DNA of 63,343 nucleotides, the filler included, from Polymyxa betae A26-41 (lineage: Eukaryota > Protista > Endomyxa: Phytomyxea), in the NCBI GenBank assembly GCA_003693705.1. It is 5 parts of 5 records of this genome, joined end to end, with 100 filler letters (N's around TTAATTAATTAA, not from the genome) between each part and the next. Parts side by side here need not be neighbours in the genome. Positions count along the whole stretch, not along the records: positions 35,283 to 55,582 come from RBZT01000662.1; 4 more parts are not named here. One strand, given 5' to 3'. The position numbers and the translations under genes are program-made. Positions 38,301 through 51,194 of the stretch are shown piece by piece; position 1 is the stretch's first letter, and each line of letters opens with the position of its first letter. The notes below the pieces were generated by a model. It did no database searches. It saw only the letters and a list, made by a program, of their open reading frames with translations, and was not told the DNA's origin.

Positions 38301-39521
38301 CAGCCTTCCATCCACTGCCCGGACTGGAATGGGCATTTCTAGTTTCTCTAATGGTATTTGCATGGATTTTGCAAACTTGTAGTCGATAAAGTTCGCGGCG
38401 GCTCCCGAGTCGATCATACCGTTGGCGAGTTCCTGCACGTTGTTGTATTTTAAGGTGACGGTCAAAGTGATGGGATCTCCGACAGAAGATAGGTCCCCAT
38501 GCCCATTTGGGCTCAAGGACAATGCTTCTACGTATGGTGTAGCTTTTGGTGGATATGTTAAGGTCTTGTCTTTATTACCACTTGTCGTCGCTGACCGCCT
38601 CAGTGACGACCCGGGGCGTTTCCCGACTGGATATCAGGGCAGGTTCTCACGATATGGACAGGCTTGGCGCAGTAAATACAAAGCCCTTCATCAATACGTC
38701 GTTGGCGTTCGACATTGTCTAAGCGGGCGCGGCGGTGACCAGAGGTGACGGGCACATTTGTCGTAATGGTATCTAACTGCATTGGTACATGATCAGACGA
38801 TGGACGAAAACTAGCGTTCGAAGTGGTATGGGAGCTAGAAGGTACGGGAGGAATGGAACTTGAGGATGCACGCTGTTTTGCACGACGTTGATGAATCCGT
38901 TCGTCGCAATCGATTGCTTGGGTAACGAGAGTAGAGAGGTTGGTGGGCTCGGGCAATGATAACAATAGATCCCGAACATCGCTGTTGAGACCAGTTTTAA
39001 ATATATGCATTGCGGCAGTGTTATCCCAACCGGCGTCGGCCAACAGGAGCTGGAATTCAGTTGTATATGCAGAAGCTGGACGGCACAATTGGCGGATGAC
39101 TTGGAGCCGAGAAGCAGCAGTTCTTTGACGATGAGGGTCATCGAAACGAGCCTTGAGGGCGGTCATGAAAAGTTCGAACTGTGCAAGCACCGGATCATTC
39201 GCTTCAAACAAAGGCGGGAACCAAGTCAGGGCGTCACAAGTCAGTAAAGACCCGACAAGGGCAACCCTTTGGCCTTCTGTACTGTACGTTTTTGGTTGTT
39301 GACTGGTTGCGAGCCGAATCTGATTCATGAAGCCCCGTACACGATGTCGGGATCCATTGAAAGGTTCGGGGAGGGGAACTCTGGGTTCGGGTGGATTCGC
39401 TTGAGGCCGTTTTGGTAATAGAGTTGTGAAGTAAGTTCTGGAGCTCAACAATTTGCTGCTGCTGAGTGCGCAGAATTGCGACCCAGTCTTGAGAGTTGAG
39501 AGTCGGAGGAATGGGATCCAT
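35392..39521 (-). pseudogene. Gypsy gag-pol, inactivated
   Basis: Frameshifts near 39430, 37490 and 35635; catalytic Asp to Asn in RT (KLNL) and RNase H (EANAS). Confidence 0.9.
38584..38624 (-). promoter_or_regulatory. -1 programmed ribosomal frameshift signal (G GGA AAC + hairpin)
   Basis: Slippery heptamer at 38618-38624, 7-nt spacer, hairpin gtcgtcactga-ggcgg-tcagcgacgac. The -1 frame runs open into the protease ORF. Confidence 0.85.
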
Positions 39522-41804
39522 GGCAAAGAATACTGATGGGCTTGAGAAAGAAAGTCGGAGGACTGATCAAACTGTAAAGCTTCAGATCAAAGGTTCCTCG
39601 TTTATTTCAATAAACAAGAAGATGTGTTGTTTGGGGCTTTGGTAATCTTAAGACAGCGGCGGCAGTGATGATCTAGGTGACGGTAACGACGGGGGCGGAG
39701 ACAATGAGAGTATCAGGGGCTGAGACTTCGATAGTGATTGAGGGGGAGACGATAATAGTAGCGGAGGCGAAGACGACGATAACAATAAAGGCGTGGACGA
39801 CGAGCGTGACGGAGGCGGGGAAGACGATAGCAACTGAGGCGAAGACGATGGTAGTAACTGAGAGGAAGACGACGAACGCGGTGAAGGTGAAGACGATGTT
39901 ATAGGCAGAGGCGGAGACGGCGAACGCGGTGAAGGCGAAGGCGATGTTATAAGCAGAGGCGGAGACGGTGATGAGGATGGCGACCTTGGCGGCGGCGGGG
40001 TCGAGGTCGGGTGAGCCCGAGACTCTCGAGACGACAGGGACAACCGATCGAGAGAAAGGAGTTGATCAGAGTGGCCGCGCTGTGCGGCTCACTTCTCTAT
40101 ATCTCCCAGGACTGTCGTGCCTAGGGGCATGACAAAATGGTTCTAAAACGTAAATTTAGAGCAAGCGCGAACCTGGATCAAGGCAGACCTGAGTTTCGGC
40201 CATTCTACAATCAAGACCGAATGATAAGCGTTGTTGGCGTCGTTCGAGTGCTTCCTGAACTTTGATGAAATCGTCACAAGTTGCCACATGCGCGCAAGTG
40301 CATTTTGCAGCTCATGATTCATATTATGGCTCCCATCGCAATTATCAAGCAAGATGGTCGTAGTTCTTTCATAACGGCCTGCCCGATAATCACGATGCTC
40401 AAGTATCCATTACGGGAACAACTGAAGGTGTCCATCCATCCTTTGAGTCCCGTGCGGTAGCAGACGGAATGTTGTCGGGTCGCCATGGATTGGATAGCTA
40501 CGATTAGAATTCTGAAATGTTACCATAGGAGCCTCGATATTCGCTGACATGGACAGCAGGCGGCTGCGCCGGGAGGTCCTTCAGCAGGCGCTCGATGTTT
40601 GACATGCGGTACATCAGACTGGCCATCGTGTTGTCTCGCAGATCAGACCTTGACTGGATCTCCTTGATAGGACGCATCAGGATTATCATTTTGCCCAACA
40701 TGATGTTCACAACAAGTGCAATTGCCTCTGCTGGAGCGTTCGATGGCAGACTTGCAGATACGAGTTGGGCGGGACAGACATCCATCTCAGACAGGTTGCC
40801 AGCGGCATCAGTCGTAGCGCGGTCTGAGCGGCGGTCCAGCTCACGCTGGAACTGGGCTACATTGGTGGAGTCGATGACTCCGCGCGTATGCAGCTGCTCA
40901 CTTGTTGCGGCAGTAAGGCATGCCAGCAACTGTCATTCAACACCACGGAGTATAATTTCCGAAATCCACATAATTCATATAACGTTCATGCACAGCTTCT
41001 TGAAGAATTTCAACGTTTACGCAAAGCGGACTGGAATTTTCGCCTTCTCTTTTACGAACCCAGGTCTGCAATTTGGTGACGAACAACTCGACTGTTTACA
41101 GCGAAAACTTCATCGATCCGTTTGATGGGAAGCGTATCATCAACAAGATGAACAACCGTTGATATCCAACACTTCCAGGAAGCATAATATCGTGGTGCGC
41201 TGCCAAACCGGCAAGCTTATGTGCAGCCCTAAAAACAGTTCCAAATTGAAACTCAGGTTGCTCACCATTTAGGAAGCCCGTGGCTGTCCCGCTGGTGTAA
41301 ACCCGGTTCTGGAAATCCCGGAGGTCTGGGACGCCGCTGCCAAATATCTAATGAAACAGACACCAGATCACAAGCCTGGGCGAAAATGTGCTCAGATTGG
41401 CAAACCCTTCCTGAGGCAGTTTATTCAGAAATGCTAACGTTCATGATACCCCGATCCGGTTCCCGCTATGGACTCAATGCTTGATTTTAACTGCTGCCGT
41501 ACCGTTCCGATTGTGATATCGAGTCAGAGCCCTCCTTCGCCCTGCGCAAATTGTTTCAATACAACTCTACCTAGATGTACTGAAAAATGGTCAAACTGTT
41601 CCTATAGAAGAATACGATTGTTCGTAATGCCCGTTCTGCGTTTTTAAACAGAATCAGGTCGAAGGATGCCTGATTCCGCATTGATTTAGGTTCTGTTTCG
41701 GGGAGATTCTTTTTAAATGCATCTGTGAAATGTGCAAAATCAGATAACATTTATTTTTATACATAGGTTAAATGGACTGGGATAATATCAGAGACTTGAC
41801 TCAG

Positions 41805-43360
41805 TTATACTCGTTTTGCTCTAGTGGCACGCTTCCGTTTGCGTAAAAGAGGTACTGAATCTGTGCTTCCAGAGGACTGTTTCGTTCCATTTGCTACTGT
41901 AGGCCTTATTTGTCCTTTTAGTTCAGTGATTAACAACTCTTGCTGTTCGCATTTTTGCTTGTACTGATCGCGCTCCATTCTAAGAGATTCTACTTGTTGT
42001 CGAATCTGTTTAAGTCCAACCTCGGAGGAAGAATGGCGCAGCTTCGATGCTTGCAATCGTTGAATATAAAGTTCATGTGCTGCTAAATCATCCCAGTCAT
42101 AAACCCAATCATACTCATAGCCCTGTTTGCGGAAAAGAGAATCAAATAAGCTCTTAAGAAAGAGATAATCTGGTTTTTCAGTAAACGCCAGCTTGCAGCA
42201 ATAGCTTAAATACGTGGCGAACTCCTCTAGAAAAGAGTGTCAATATATATGGAATCGAGATAAATGCTTACCAGGAATATCTTCGCACAGTTCATCAATG
42301 GAAATTTCCTGCTTTTTTTTACCGATTTTATCGTACTTTTCTTGCTTTGTAGCGGCTTTCAATCCTTGCCAAGGTAGTGTTCCACGAGACAAATACACTA
42401 GCAAATACCCGAGTGACTCTAAATCATCGCGGCGTCCCTAAATAACATCGTGAAATCAGTGTTGATTCAGAACGACAAACACTTTCACCTGCTCGCAACC
42501 GTTGTGTGTATGAATGCTAGCATATCTGGGAGTCCCGGTAAGCTTTTTGTTGCTTCTTGCAGGAATATGACGTTTCGAAACGGCGTCCCTGTATCTTTTA
42601 CAAAGGCCCAGGTCAACCATATAAACAACGTGCGAATCAGTCGGCTTTGCTCCTGGAGAGCGAAGGCATCAGTAAAAGCCAGCAACAAGCGTACATCGAT
42701 ATTTCAAAATGTCAATATGAGTTAGCATGATCCTGAAAGGGGAAAACAAATATGGAAGCATCACTCACCAATCAAGAAATTATCAGGCTTAATGTCACGG
42801 TGTAGGAAACAGTTTCCATGCAGATACTCAATACGGTCAATCTATACACATTAGCCCAAAGCATAGCAACCAGAAACGTATTACAAGTTGGATCGCAAGC
42901 ATCAAGATGGTCTTCATAGAAAAGTTCCTCTTTCGTGATCAGTCAGAAGGATTTTGACGATCAATAACGGGAATGCATACCGAGCAGATATTGAAAAGGC
43001 CTTCGAGACTTTGGCCCAACAAATCCATGATCATGACACTATGTGTAGGAGTGACGCCATAATAGAATACTTTGGGAACACCCATGCCCTTCTTGATACC
43101 CTTATAAACTTTATATTCGTAGAAAAGCTGTGGATTCTTCGTATTCAACGGTTCCTGCTCAACATTAACTTTCATAATTCGAGCAGATGAGACTGTACCA
43201 TCTTGGCTGCATATTTCTCGCCGGTTTCAATATCGACCGCGACATAGATCTCGCCAAACGATCCAGCGCCGATCTTGGCCCCGAGCCGATAATTGCCAAC
43301 GACCTCGCCTAGCTCAGCCGGACCCACTGCAGGAGCGACGGTAGAGTTGGCGGCCGCCAT
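41805..43360 (-). CDS. CK1: Casein kinase 1 family kinase (multi-exon) with a coiled-coil/basic tail
   Basis: [36 protein letters not shown]-region exon reading TGTPRYAS in frame, [18 protein letters not shown]; short GT-AG introns. Confidence 0.95.
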
Positions 43361-43745
43361 CCAGCAGAGGCGCCCGCAATCGTCCCTCTGGATGACCTTA
43401 TAGGAGACTCGATTTGCGAAATTGACGATTGAAATAATTCAGTCTAATCACTGATGTAACGATATATCGACTGGGATGCAGTCAAATGCAATTTGACGAA
43501 CTGAAATCACTTTTATGGTTCGTCTCATCACAACGACTAACAGATCAGCTTGGAGCAGAAAGCCTCAACAACCGCAAAAAAACAGGAAGCCCCGGGGAGC
43601 TGGAGCGCATTACTAATTAGAACGCTGGCGAAATGGAACTGTTGCCGCGACTATCTTCTGAGCAGCATAGAAACCATCTACGTAGTTTGCGATTGGCAAT
43701 CCTACTTCTACGACAGACAAACATAATAATATCATGTAATTAGGA

Positions 43746-46700
43746 TTAAAGAACAACGTCTGGATCTTCCTTGAAGCTGGTGCTGCTCTCTCCATCCGTT
43801 GCTGTTGAATGGTAAAATTTGTTGAAATCCAATCGGAAAGCTATTGCAAATTCAGATCAAGAGAATTCGCGAATCTGCTCAAACATACCAAGATATCTCA
43901 GATCAGAACCCTGAAAGAGATTCATCAGTTTCGATAGATTCTCCCGATACAAACTGCATATTCTGTCAAGCTGGGGGTGATATTGGGCTTGCAGCGAATT
44001 GACCCGTTGCAAAGAACCAACCTTGCTAAAAAAAGACATATCTCAGATCGAGACCCACAGATTTAGAGACTTACGTGGTTCTCTGTAAAGCAATTTCCTC
44101 CAAAGCAGAATCATGCAGTCTCATTTGAATATAGCAAAATCGTAGTATACAATCGCAAAGCTAACAAAATCAATAAAGCACAGAATGCTCTTGAGAAATT
44201 CTTACATTGAAAAGTGGAGTTTGTAGACCCGATTGCTGATCGCCAAGAAATAAACGATTTCGTAAAGTATCGACATACGTCCTATGTGCAGCAAGAATCG
44301 CCTGCGGTACGCTTTATCAACGAACCGACAAAACCATTCGGGCAATCTGACATCGAAATCATCGGTGCCAGCTTCGACACTTTTTGCAAACTGGCCCCAG
44401 CAGTTCTCAATTACATCGTAGCGTATGAACCCATTGAGATTGTGGACCAACTGGACCATCTCATGACGAAGAATATGTCCTGATGCAATTCAGAATCTCG
44501 CTGAAAAACAACCAGATTCTAAGAAACCTTTGTGGAACAAAACGCCCAGCTGGGGAAGCGCAGCAAGACGAGCCTGTGCAAAGGGTTTAAATCTCAATAT
44601 CAGCGACCTGATAAAGCACAGACCGCATCCGTGTTGTATCGCTTCCACGTGTCGCTAAGGCAACGATCGATTCGTTTTATCCGCAACATGAAATGGAATA
44701 CCTAAACCGTACACATTACCAGAGGTAATCGGAGAAGGAGAAATACCGACCTGGAGATAAGAGTGCATCAAGTTCGGAGGAAACATGATTTCAAGAGCTG
44801 AGATCTGGTCACCGTCACGATCGTGTAAACGATAATCGAGACTGAAGATATCCCAGCCGGTATCTCCAGGGTTTGCCTGTACTTAAAGTTAAAGCGCTTT
44901 GGAGCAACAGCTCAGTTGCATTTCACCTGCAGTAAACGGACACAAAGTCGTTGCAATTCGTCGCTATGGTCGTATACAGTCGGATTGGCAGCTCGAACAG
45001 CAGATTCCAGCAACGAATTCAAATGATGTCGATAGAGATTTTGCGCCGGTCGTGATAACTCGTGGAAAACGAGATCCATTAAATTCTCAACATAATCTCC
45101 TACAAAAGTACAATTTAGAGTTCAAATGGTGGACACAAGAAAAAGTGGAGAGAGGTATGAAGCAATGGAGAGAACCCTAAACGGACCTTGAGCCATCAAA
45201 ATGTAATTCTTTATCGTTGTGCAATGCGCCATTAATCTGTGTTGCTCACGAACAACATGTAGTACCCTTGCATTGATTGAAGCGCCAGCTCCGTCCAGGA
45301 CCGATTCAAATTGCATTTTGTCGCCATATGCAATTTCTGCAAAACTATATCAGGAAGCTGACCTCATCGACACAATTGTTGAAGCAACCTTTAACCTTAT
45401 CGTCAGCCATCCATTTCGGCTGATCACCGAAAAGTCGAATAAACTGTACCGATTTCCCCAACGATAATATACGTTCAGCAAGGACCGAACCTAAAAAGGT
45501 CGGTATCTGCTCTTTCCGAAGCGAGTACTGATCCGTCCCTAAGAAAGTGTCACAATTTAAGAAAAAAAGGCATCTTGAGCAGTTGCGGAATGTAAAAAAA
45601 AAGCGATAAAAAATTGGCATACAGAATCCGTCTCTAGAAGCTTCTCTGTTTTCCACAATGAAAAATTCGTTATATGGGTCCTGCAATTCTCCAGTCCAAA
45701 TCCACTGCCGGATGAAGTCAAACAGGGGTTGTGAAGACAAACGCAGCAGGCTTTCATAGACATCATGAATGTAAGGGTCGCCGTGACGGCATGCAGACTA
45801 AGCACACAATGAGAAATCATGATGCCCGTTGAATCGAGAGAAGCCAACCTCGAGGAGCGAAAGCACACTGCTCCCAACACGATTCTCGACAGCATCCACA
45901 ATCGTTGCTAATGCAACCATGCATTTCAGCGGCCTTTGAATCCAAACAAATAGCTGGCGTAAAGTCAAACGCTGCTCGCTGTTGCTATGTAAATAGATAA
46001 GTATACGCAGGTTGATATTTCAAACAAAAAAGTGCCCAATAAGAACAGCAGTAAACGGGAAAGCGCTCATTATACTTTTGCGCCTCCAAAACAGCCAGTA
46101 AACGGTAGTAAAGAGTGATTTGAGCTTGTAGAGCAGAGACGAACGCCTGTTGCACACGACCCAAATCGGAGCACGATCTTTTGATGAAAGATGATACTTT
46201 TTTGAATGTGACACCAAGTGTGGACATTGCTCGAACTAAATTTCAATGTCAGGATGCGGAACCCTGCAAGCGACCAGATAGCTTTCGAGTACCTAAGTTA
46301 ACGGATTCGGAAGGAAACTCTGCAGGAGCCTTGATGTGGCCTTTGGTTTTGATATTAAACCTTAATGTATCACCATCTGTAGCCTGGACGATGTAGAATG
46401 AATCGCGGACCAGACTTTGATCGGTTTCATCGTCCGTTCCAGTACTTGGCTCTCCTGCTATTGGACCGATAATCGATGCATCGGTTGGCTTCTCAGCTGA
46501 TAGAGCGGCAGTCAGAATGGGGACAACTTGACTGATGGGCGTGACATAGTTTGATTCAGCATCAAACGCCAAATTACATAGCAGATAGAGCACAGAGGCG
46601 GGGCGTTGCAAAATTGGAATTTCAAGTAAACGAATGTACAAGGCATCAAATTCTACCGGGTCGACACGATGACGAGCAACTACAACTCCATCAACCGAAT

Positions 46701-46904
46701 ATATTTCCATTTGAAGAGCGTCAACCGACGGGTAGCATGAATCGCTTGCTGAACGTGAGAAGGGTCAAGGACGACTCGAGGTTCAACCCGGCAGGATAGA
46801 ATCTCGGTCGCCAATAGACGCTTGTCTGCATGCGCCTCCTGGCTCAGGCCTGGACTTAACGATGAGACTAGCTGGTCAACCAGGAGAGCGACAGGAGACG
46901 CCAT
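43746..46904 (-). CDS. TUBGCP3: Gamma-tubulin complex component 3 (Spc98 family, multi-exon)
   Basis: YYRLLAVLE, HGDP, WIWTGELQDPYNEFFI, IPTFL...ILSLGKSVQF, GDTGWDIFSLDY, C-terminal FRLDFN. Confidence 0.9.
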
Positions 46905-47527
46905 GGTGGCGAGCGAGGACCAGCAGGCGATTGAAAGCAAGGACGGCCCGACGCACCTCCGCTATGCGTGCTCTGCATTACTTTGAAGTGAAAATAAGCA
47001 AGCTATCAAGACGAATTGGTTTTCTCATTTGCTGTTAAAACAAAACATTTACAGTAGTTGTCTTGGAAGAAACACAACGCTGGTGAAAGCTAGGGGCTTA
47101 AGAGCACTCGTGGATTGGGAATGCTAATTGGGCTTTTATGGAAAAAGCGAAATGCGTTCGTGGCGCCTTATACGCTTTTGAAAAAACGCTTCACGAAGAA
47201 TACAGAACAGCTGTCTTCGACTCTTCAGGATCCAAATCACATCTCAACACAAGCCAGTTTATGATCCATTAAACATGAAGGTTCTATTGACCATGCTGTT
47301 TACTCCATAACGAGCGCAAGCCTAAAATATTGAGCAGGAGCTTGCTCTAGAGGTCCTGAGGAAACAGTCAGGCGATCCCCCGACCGATATCATTTTCTTC
47401 TTAACGCATCTGCCGTACAGTTCAGGGCAGTTACAGTTAGTGTCAGAGGGCCCTCTATAAATCATGCGTTCTATTTCATTTTGATATCGTCATTTTTACG
47501 ATCGTCATTCGGTTGCTGTCGTATCCG

Positions 47528-50500
47528 ATGGAGTCGGCGATCGCCAGCGGTGTTCGTTTCGCCTTTGCGACGATCACGTCGCATTGGGTCGGTGAACAGC
47601 TGGCAGCATCGCGGCTACGTCTCCCTCATCTGACCGGATATTTGCTTGGTGGATTCATCTCTGGCCCAGCGGGCATCAATCTGGTCACCGAGCATACATT
47701 GCAACAGCTACTTTTTCTCAACAGTGTTGCATTGGCAGCTATTGCATTCTCGGCTGGGACTGAACTATACTTTCCTGGTGATGAACACATCAAAGTGCCT
47801 TTCATATTTGTTTCTTCGTTTCCCCTTTTAAAGTTTATCTTTCACTTGATGTAACTCTTTTGTCAGCTCATGTTTACATAAGCTGTTGCACAATGAAATA
47901 TTTTCTCTGCTATTTCTGTTTTCGTTGCGGGCGTCGATCGTTATGGAAGTATCTTCCTAGCTAAAACTTTTTCGCTTCAGATATAAAACCCCATCTATCC
48001 CTCATCACATCACAAATGATCATGATCTGTTTAACTACGCTAATTGGCTGTGCATCTACTGTCATGGCAGTTAGGCCTTGGTAAACATAACATTTTTGGC
48101 GCCCCTTGTCGTTTTATTCAGTTTGCAACTGCGAAAGCATGGTAACTAATGACTTGTTAAGGGTTCCATATATCAACACTGTCAACCTACCTTGTCAGTG
48201 GCAGATGGCTTTACTTTGTGGTTCCATCATGATCGCCCGATCGCCATCTTCAGCGCTGGCATTAATTCAGTCGCTTTTTGCAAAAGGCATTTGTTGGTTT
48301 TTATCTTATATCACCGGTCGTAACGGTATTCTGCAGGCGACATGACGACGTTATGTATGAGCATCACGGTCGTGAGTGATGCAGCTCTTCTCATCGTTTT
48401 CGCTGTCGTCAGCTCATTAGCAACTGCGGAATGTGTCGGTATGTTGTTCTGCACCTTTTTATGTTCATATCATTGTTTAATCCAGCTATGCTCAGATGCA
48501 GGTATTGATAGCTGGTCTTTCCTAGCGCTAGCAGTTTCAGTATTTGGTTCGATTCTGGCGGGATACATCATTGGGAAACTGATTGTTGGCGCAATGTGGC
48601 TTCCCTTATTGGCTTCTCGCGTTAAAGGCCTAGTCATCCTTTCAGCTGGATCTGCAGTTTTCCTCGGATCTCGGTAAGCTCACTAAAATTTGATTTTACG
48701 AAGACCGTTGCCCTGCGATAAGTTAATTCAATAAGACTCATCTGGACATAGATACCTTGAACGAATGTCACAATCATCGTTTCATCACCCTTTTCGTGTT
48801 GAGCCTCTGTTAGTCTGTATTGCTGCCAGCTGTTTCGCCTGCCATGCGACTACGAAAAGGAGAATGTTAGCGATGATTCTAAAGAAGACTTCGGTCTTAG
48901 CTTTCCTCCCGTTCTTTACTCTGAGTAATAGTTTTTTGTATTTTATTATTGAACCACTCTACTTCATTTGTTGGTTCTCTCAATATCTGGTTGCTCCTGC
49001 TCCTTGCTGCGTATTCACAAGCGCATTGTTAACATGTTTTTAGCGGGGGCTTCGTTCAACATCCGAAACATCTGGCCGATACTGCCTCTCAGTGCTATAC
49101 TATTCTCATCTCGCCTTGTCGCAATCTGGATTGGATCCTGGATCGGCCTTGGTTGCATTAGTCAAAATCACATGAAGAAATCGAAAAGGTTTGCTCGTTG
49201 CTTGTGCCTCTTCAACTGATTTTTATCGAGCCGTTTGGGATATTTTGGTTAATGTTTGCGAATCTCGCTGAATATCCATACGTAGTTCATCATACTTATG
49301 GATGACACTGACAACGCAAGCTGGCGCTGCAATTGGTCTTGCTAATGAAGTGTCACACTCATTCTCGCCTTGGGGTCCATCATTTGCCGATGCTGTAACA
49401 GTTGTGGTTATTCTGAACCAAATCACAGGACCCTTTATATTGTAAGTATGTGTAAAAGCCTGAGGTTAACGACGTTCTTTAATCGTTTTTGATCCCGGTT
49501 ATTGGCGTTTCACTTACAATGCTGTAGTCGCTACGCCTTGCGTCGAGCTGGAGAAGATCGTTCACCCAAAATTTGGGTAGACAGAGATGTGGCTGTTTTT
49601 GGCACGACGCGAACGGCCATGTCGATTAGTTCCAGACTGTGTTTATCTGGGTGTCGTGTTCGTGTTATCAGATCTGATGAGGTCACTTCTGAAGCCGCCC
49701 AAGCGCAGATTTCGAAGGTGATCTTTTGAACTATCAATTTGTTGTGTTTTCTTTTTTTCCATTTTCTTCGTACCAGAACTCAGTAAACATTAGGTGTTGG
49801 AGCATCTTCATCAGTCGTATGGCCAATCCGACCAGAAATTTCAGCTATGCCTAGCGCCAAATGCTTTGCCAAGCGCATCCGAATACATCAATGTCTGTTG
49901 TTGCAGCGAAGCGGAAAGCTGCGACAGGCATCCTGTCGACTTGGACTATTGTCCTCCAGAAGGCAGTGAAGCTGAACATGACAATTGCGAATCTGTTAGA
50001 GAAATTCTATTACGCAACCGTACTGTATATTTTTTGTTGATGACGCGTTACCATTGCCAACCGTTTTCGATTTCTTAATGGTGCTGCTGATTCTCCACTT
50101 GGCTGATTGTCCTGTTTAGGAACATCTACTGCCCAATCTGATTTCGACTCTCTAATTATCCGCTTGATTCCTGTGGAATGTGCTACAGTCGTTATGGCGT
50201 TCGAGGATGATGACACCACTCTGCGTGCTTGCGACCTAATAACTACGCTAATGCCCAGGGTAGTTCCACGTATTGTAGCTGTCATAAAGACAGCGAACGC
50301 AGCTGTCCTGCTTGCCAAGTTAGGCATTGTCGTTGTACAACCTCAGGCTGCAATAGCCGACATTGCAACCGCACTGACGTTAACGCATTCGTCAGAAGCT
50401 GTTTCGATATTAGCCCCTGGTAAATTCTCGGTCCGAGCTGTGAAGAATCTGATCCAATCCATTGATCTCGACGAAAATGAGGTAATGACAATGCAGCACC

Positions 50501-50777
50501 TTTATGATGGTTCTGGCTTTATTTTGTTCGTTTTCGAGAAAGCTCGCAAGGCCTGTTCATCTCATGTGTTCAACAGGGTGGGTCATTGCCTTTAGTGGAT
50601 GTTGGTGAAGAAAGCACAGCTCTATCAACAGATGAATGGGCTGTCCCGATGTCAACTCCCAAACTCCCGATCGCTCCGTCCTCCTCAGATTTACTCTCTA
50701 GCGACTGGACGTGGTTCCGAAAAGAGATGATGCAGCGACGTAGGGACGTGAGACCAAAATGGATGTCATTCGGATAA
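47528..50777 (+). CDS. CPA2-family cation/H+ antiporter with a C-terminal RCK/TrkA-N-like domain (multi-exon)
   Basis: LPHLTGYLLGGFISGP, IAFSAGTEL, ARSPSSALA, PFFTL, TQAGAAIGL, NQITGP; Rossmann-like VAVFG...RVRVI and VVMAFEDD. Confidence 0.8.
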
Positions 50778-51194
50778 GCACCGAGAAGCTTTCGTTAACC
50801 TGTCAAGTCTAATTAGCGAGTGAGCATTCTCTAGATATCTATCCAATCATAAATATTGTTCTTTTTTCTGCTTATAGACTTTCCCGTAGTGTACAGCTTC
50901 TTTTTGCCATGAACGTCATCAAAACTCAGAACTAATAAAAATTATCAGCATGATCGCAATGATGAAAAATAAAAAAACCAGAGAAATCGCCGTCTCTGGA
51001 ACTTGATTGAGACTTCTGTATGATTCTGCTAGTTTGCATCTTTTTTGCGGAAACTTTGTGAAATATTTTGTGGTTTGTCTGGGCCCTGTTCTGCACTTAA
51101 GGCCACCCACCTGTATGACGGAAACAGAAATTTCGCTGTGAAATTCCAGAATTGATCTATACATTAGTGGGCGGGCGCCAGCCGTCAGCAGACA

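Larger units (their letters stand above)
35283..40134 (-). mobile_element. Ty3/Gypsy LTR retrotransposon, Tf1/sushi-like (5' LTR 39573-40134, gag, pol; 3' end missing)
   Basis: gag PEPFNGSR...CIYCAKPVHIVRTC; PR IDSGA; RT MPFGLMNAP with YLDD in a shifted frame; RH; IN (SMD, SDRGPQF, DGQTER); LTR TGTCA...TACA. Confidence 0.95.

Noticed and set aside
39648-40043. Ser/Pro-rich 131-aa ORF
   Set aside because: Translation of the low-complexity repeats inside the Gypsy LTR.
40143-41560. Possible Crypton/Ndc10-like tyrosine recombinase relic on the minus strand
   Set aside because: Only a faint resemblance across many stops, with no catalytic motif I can point to; it would need a translated HMM search.
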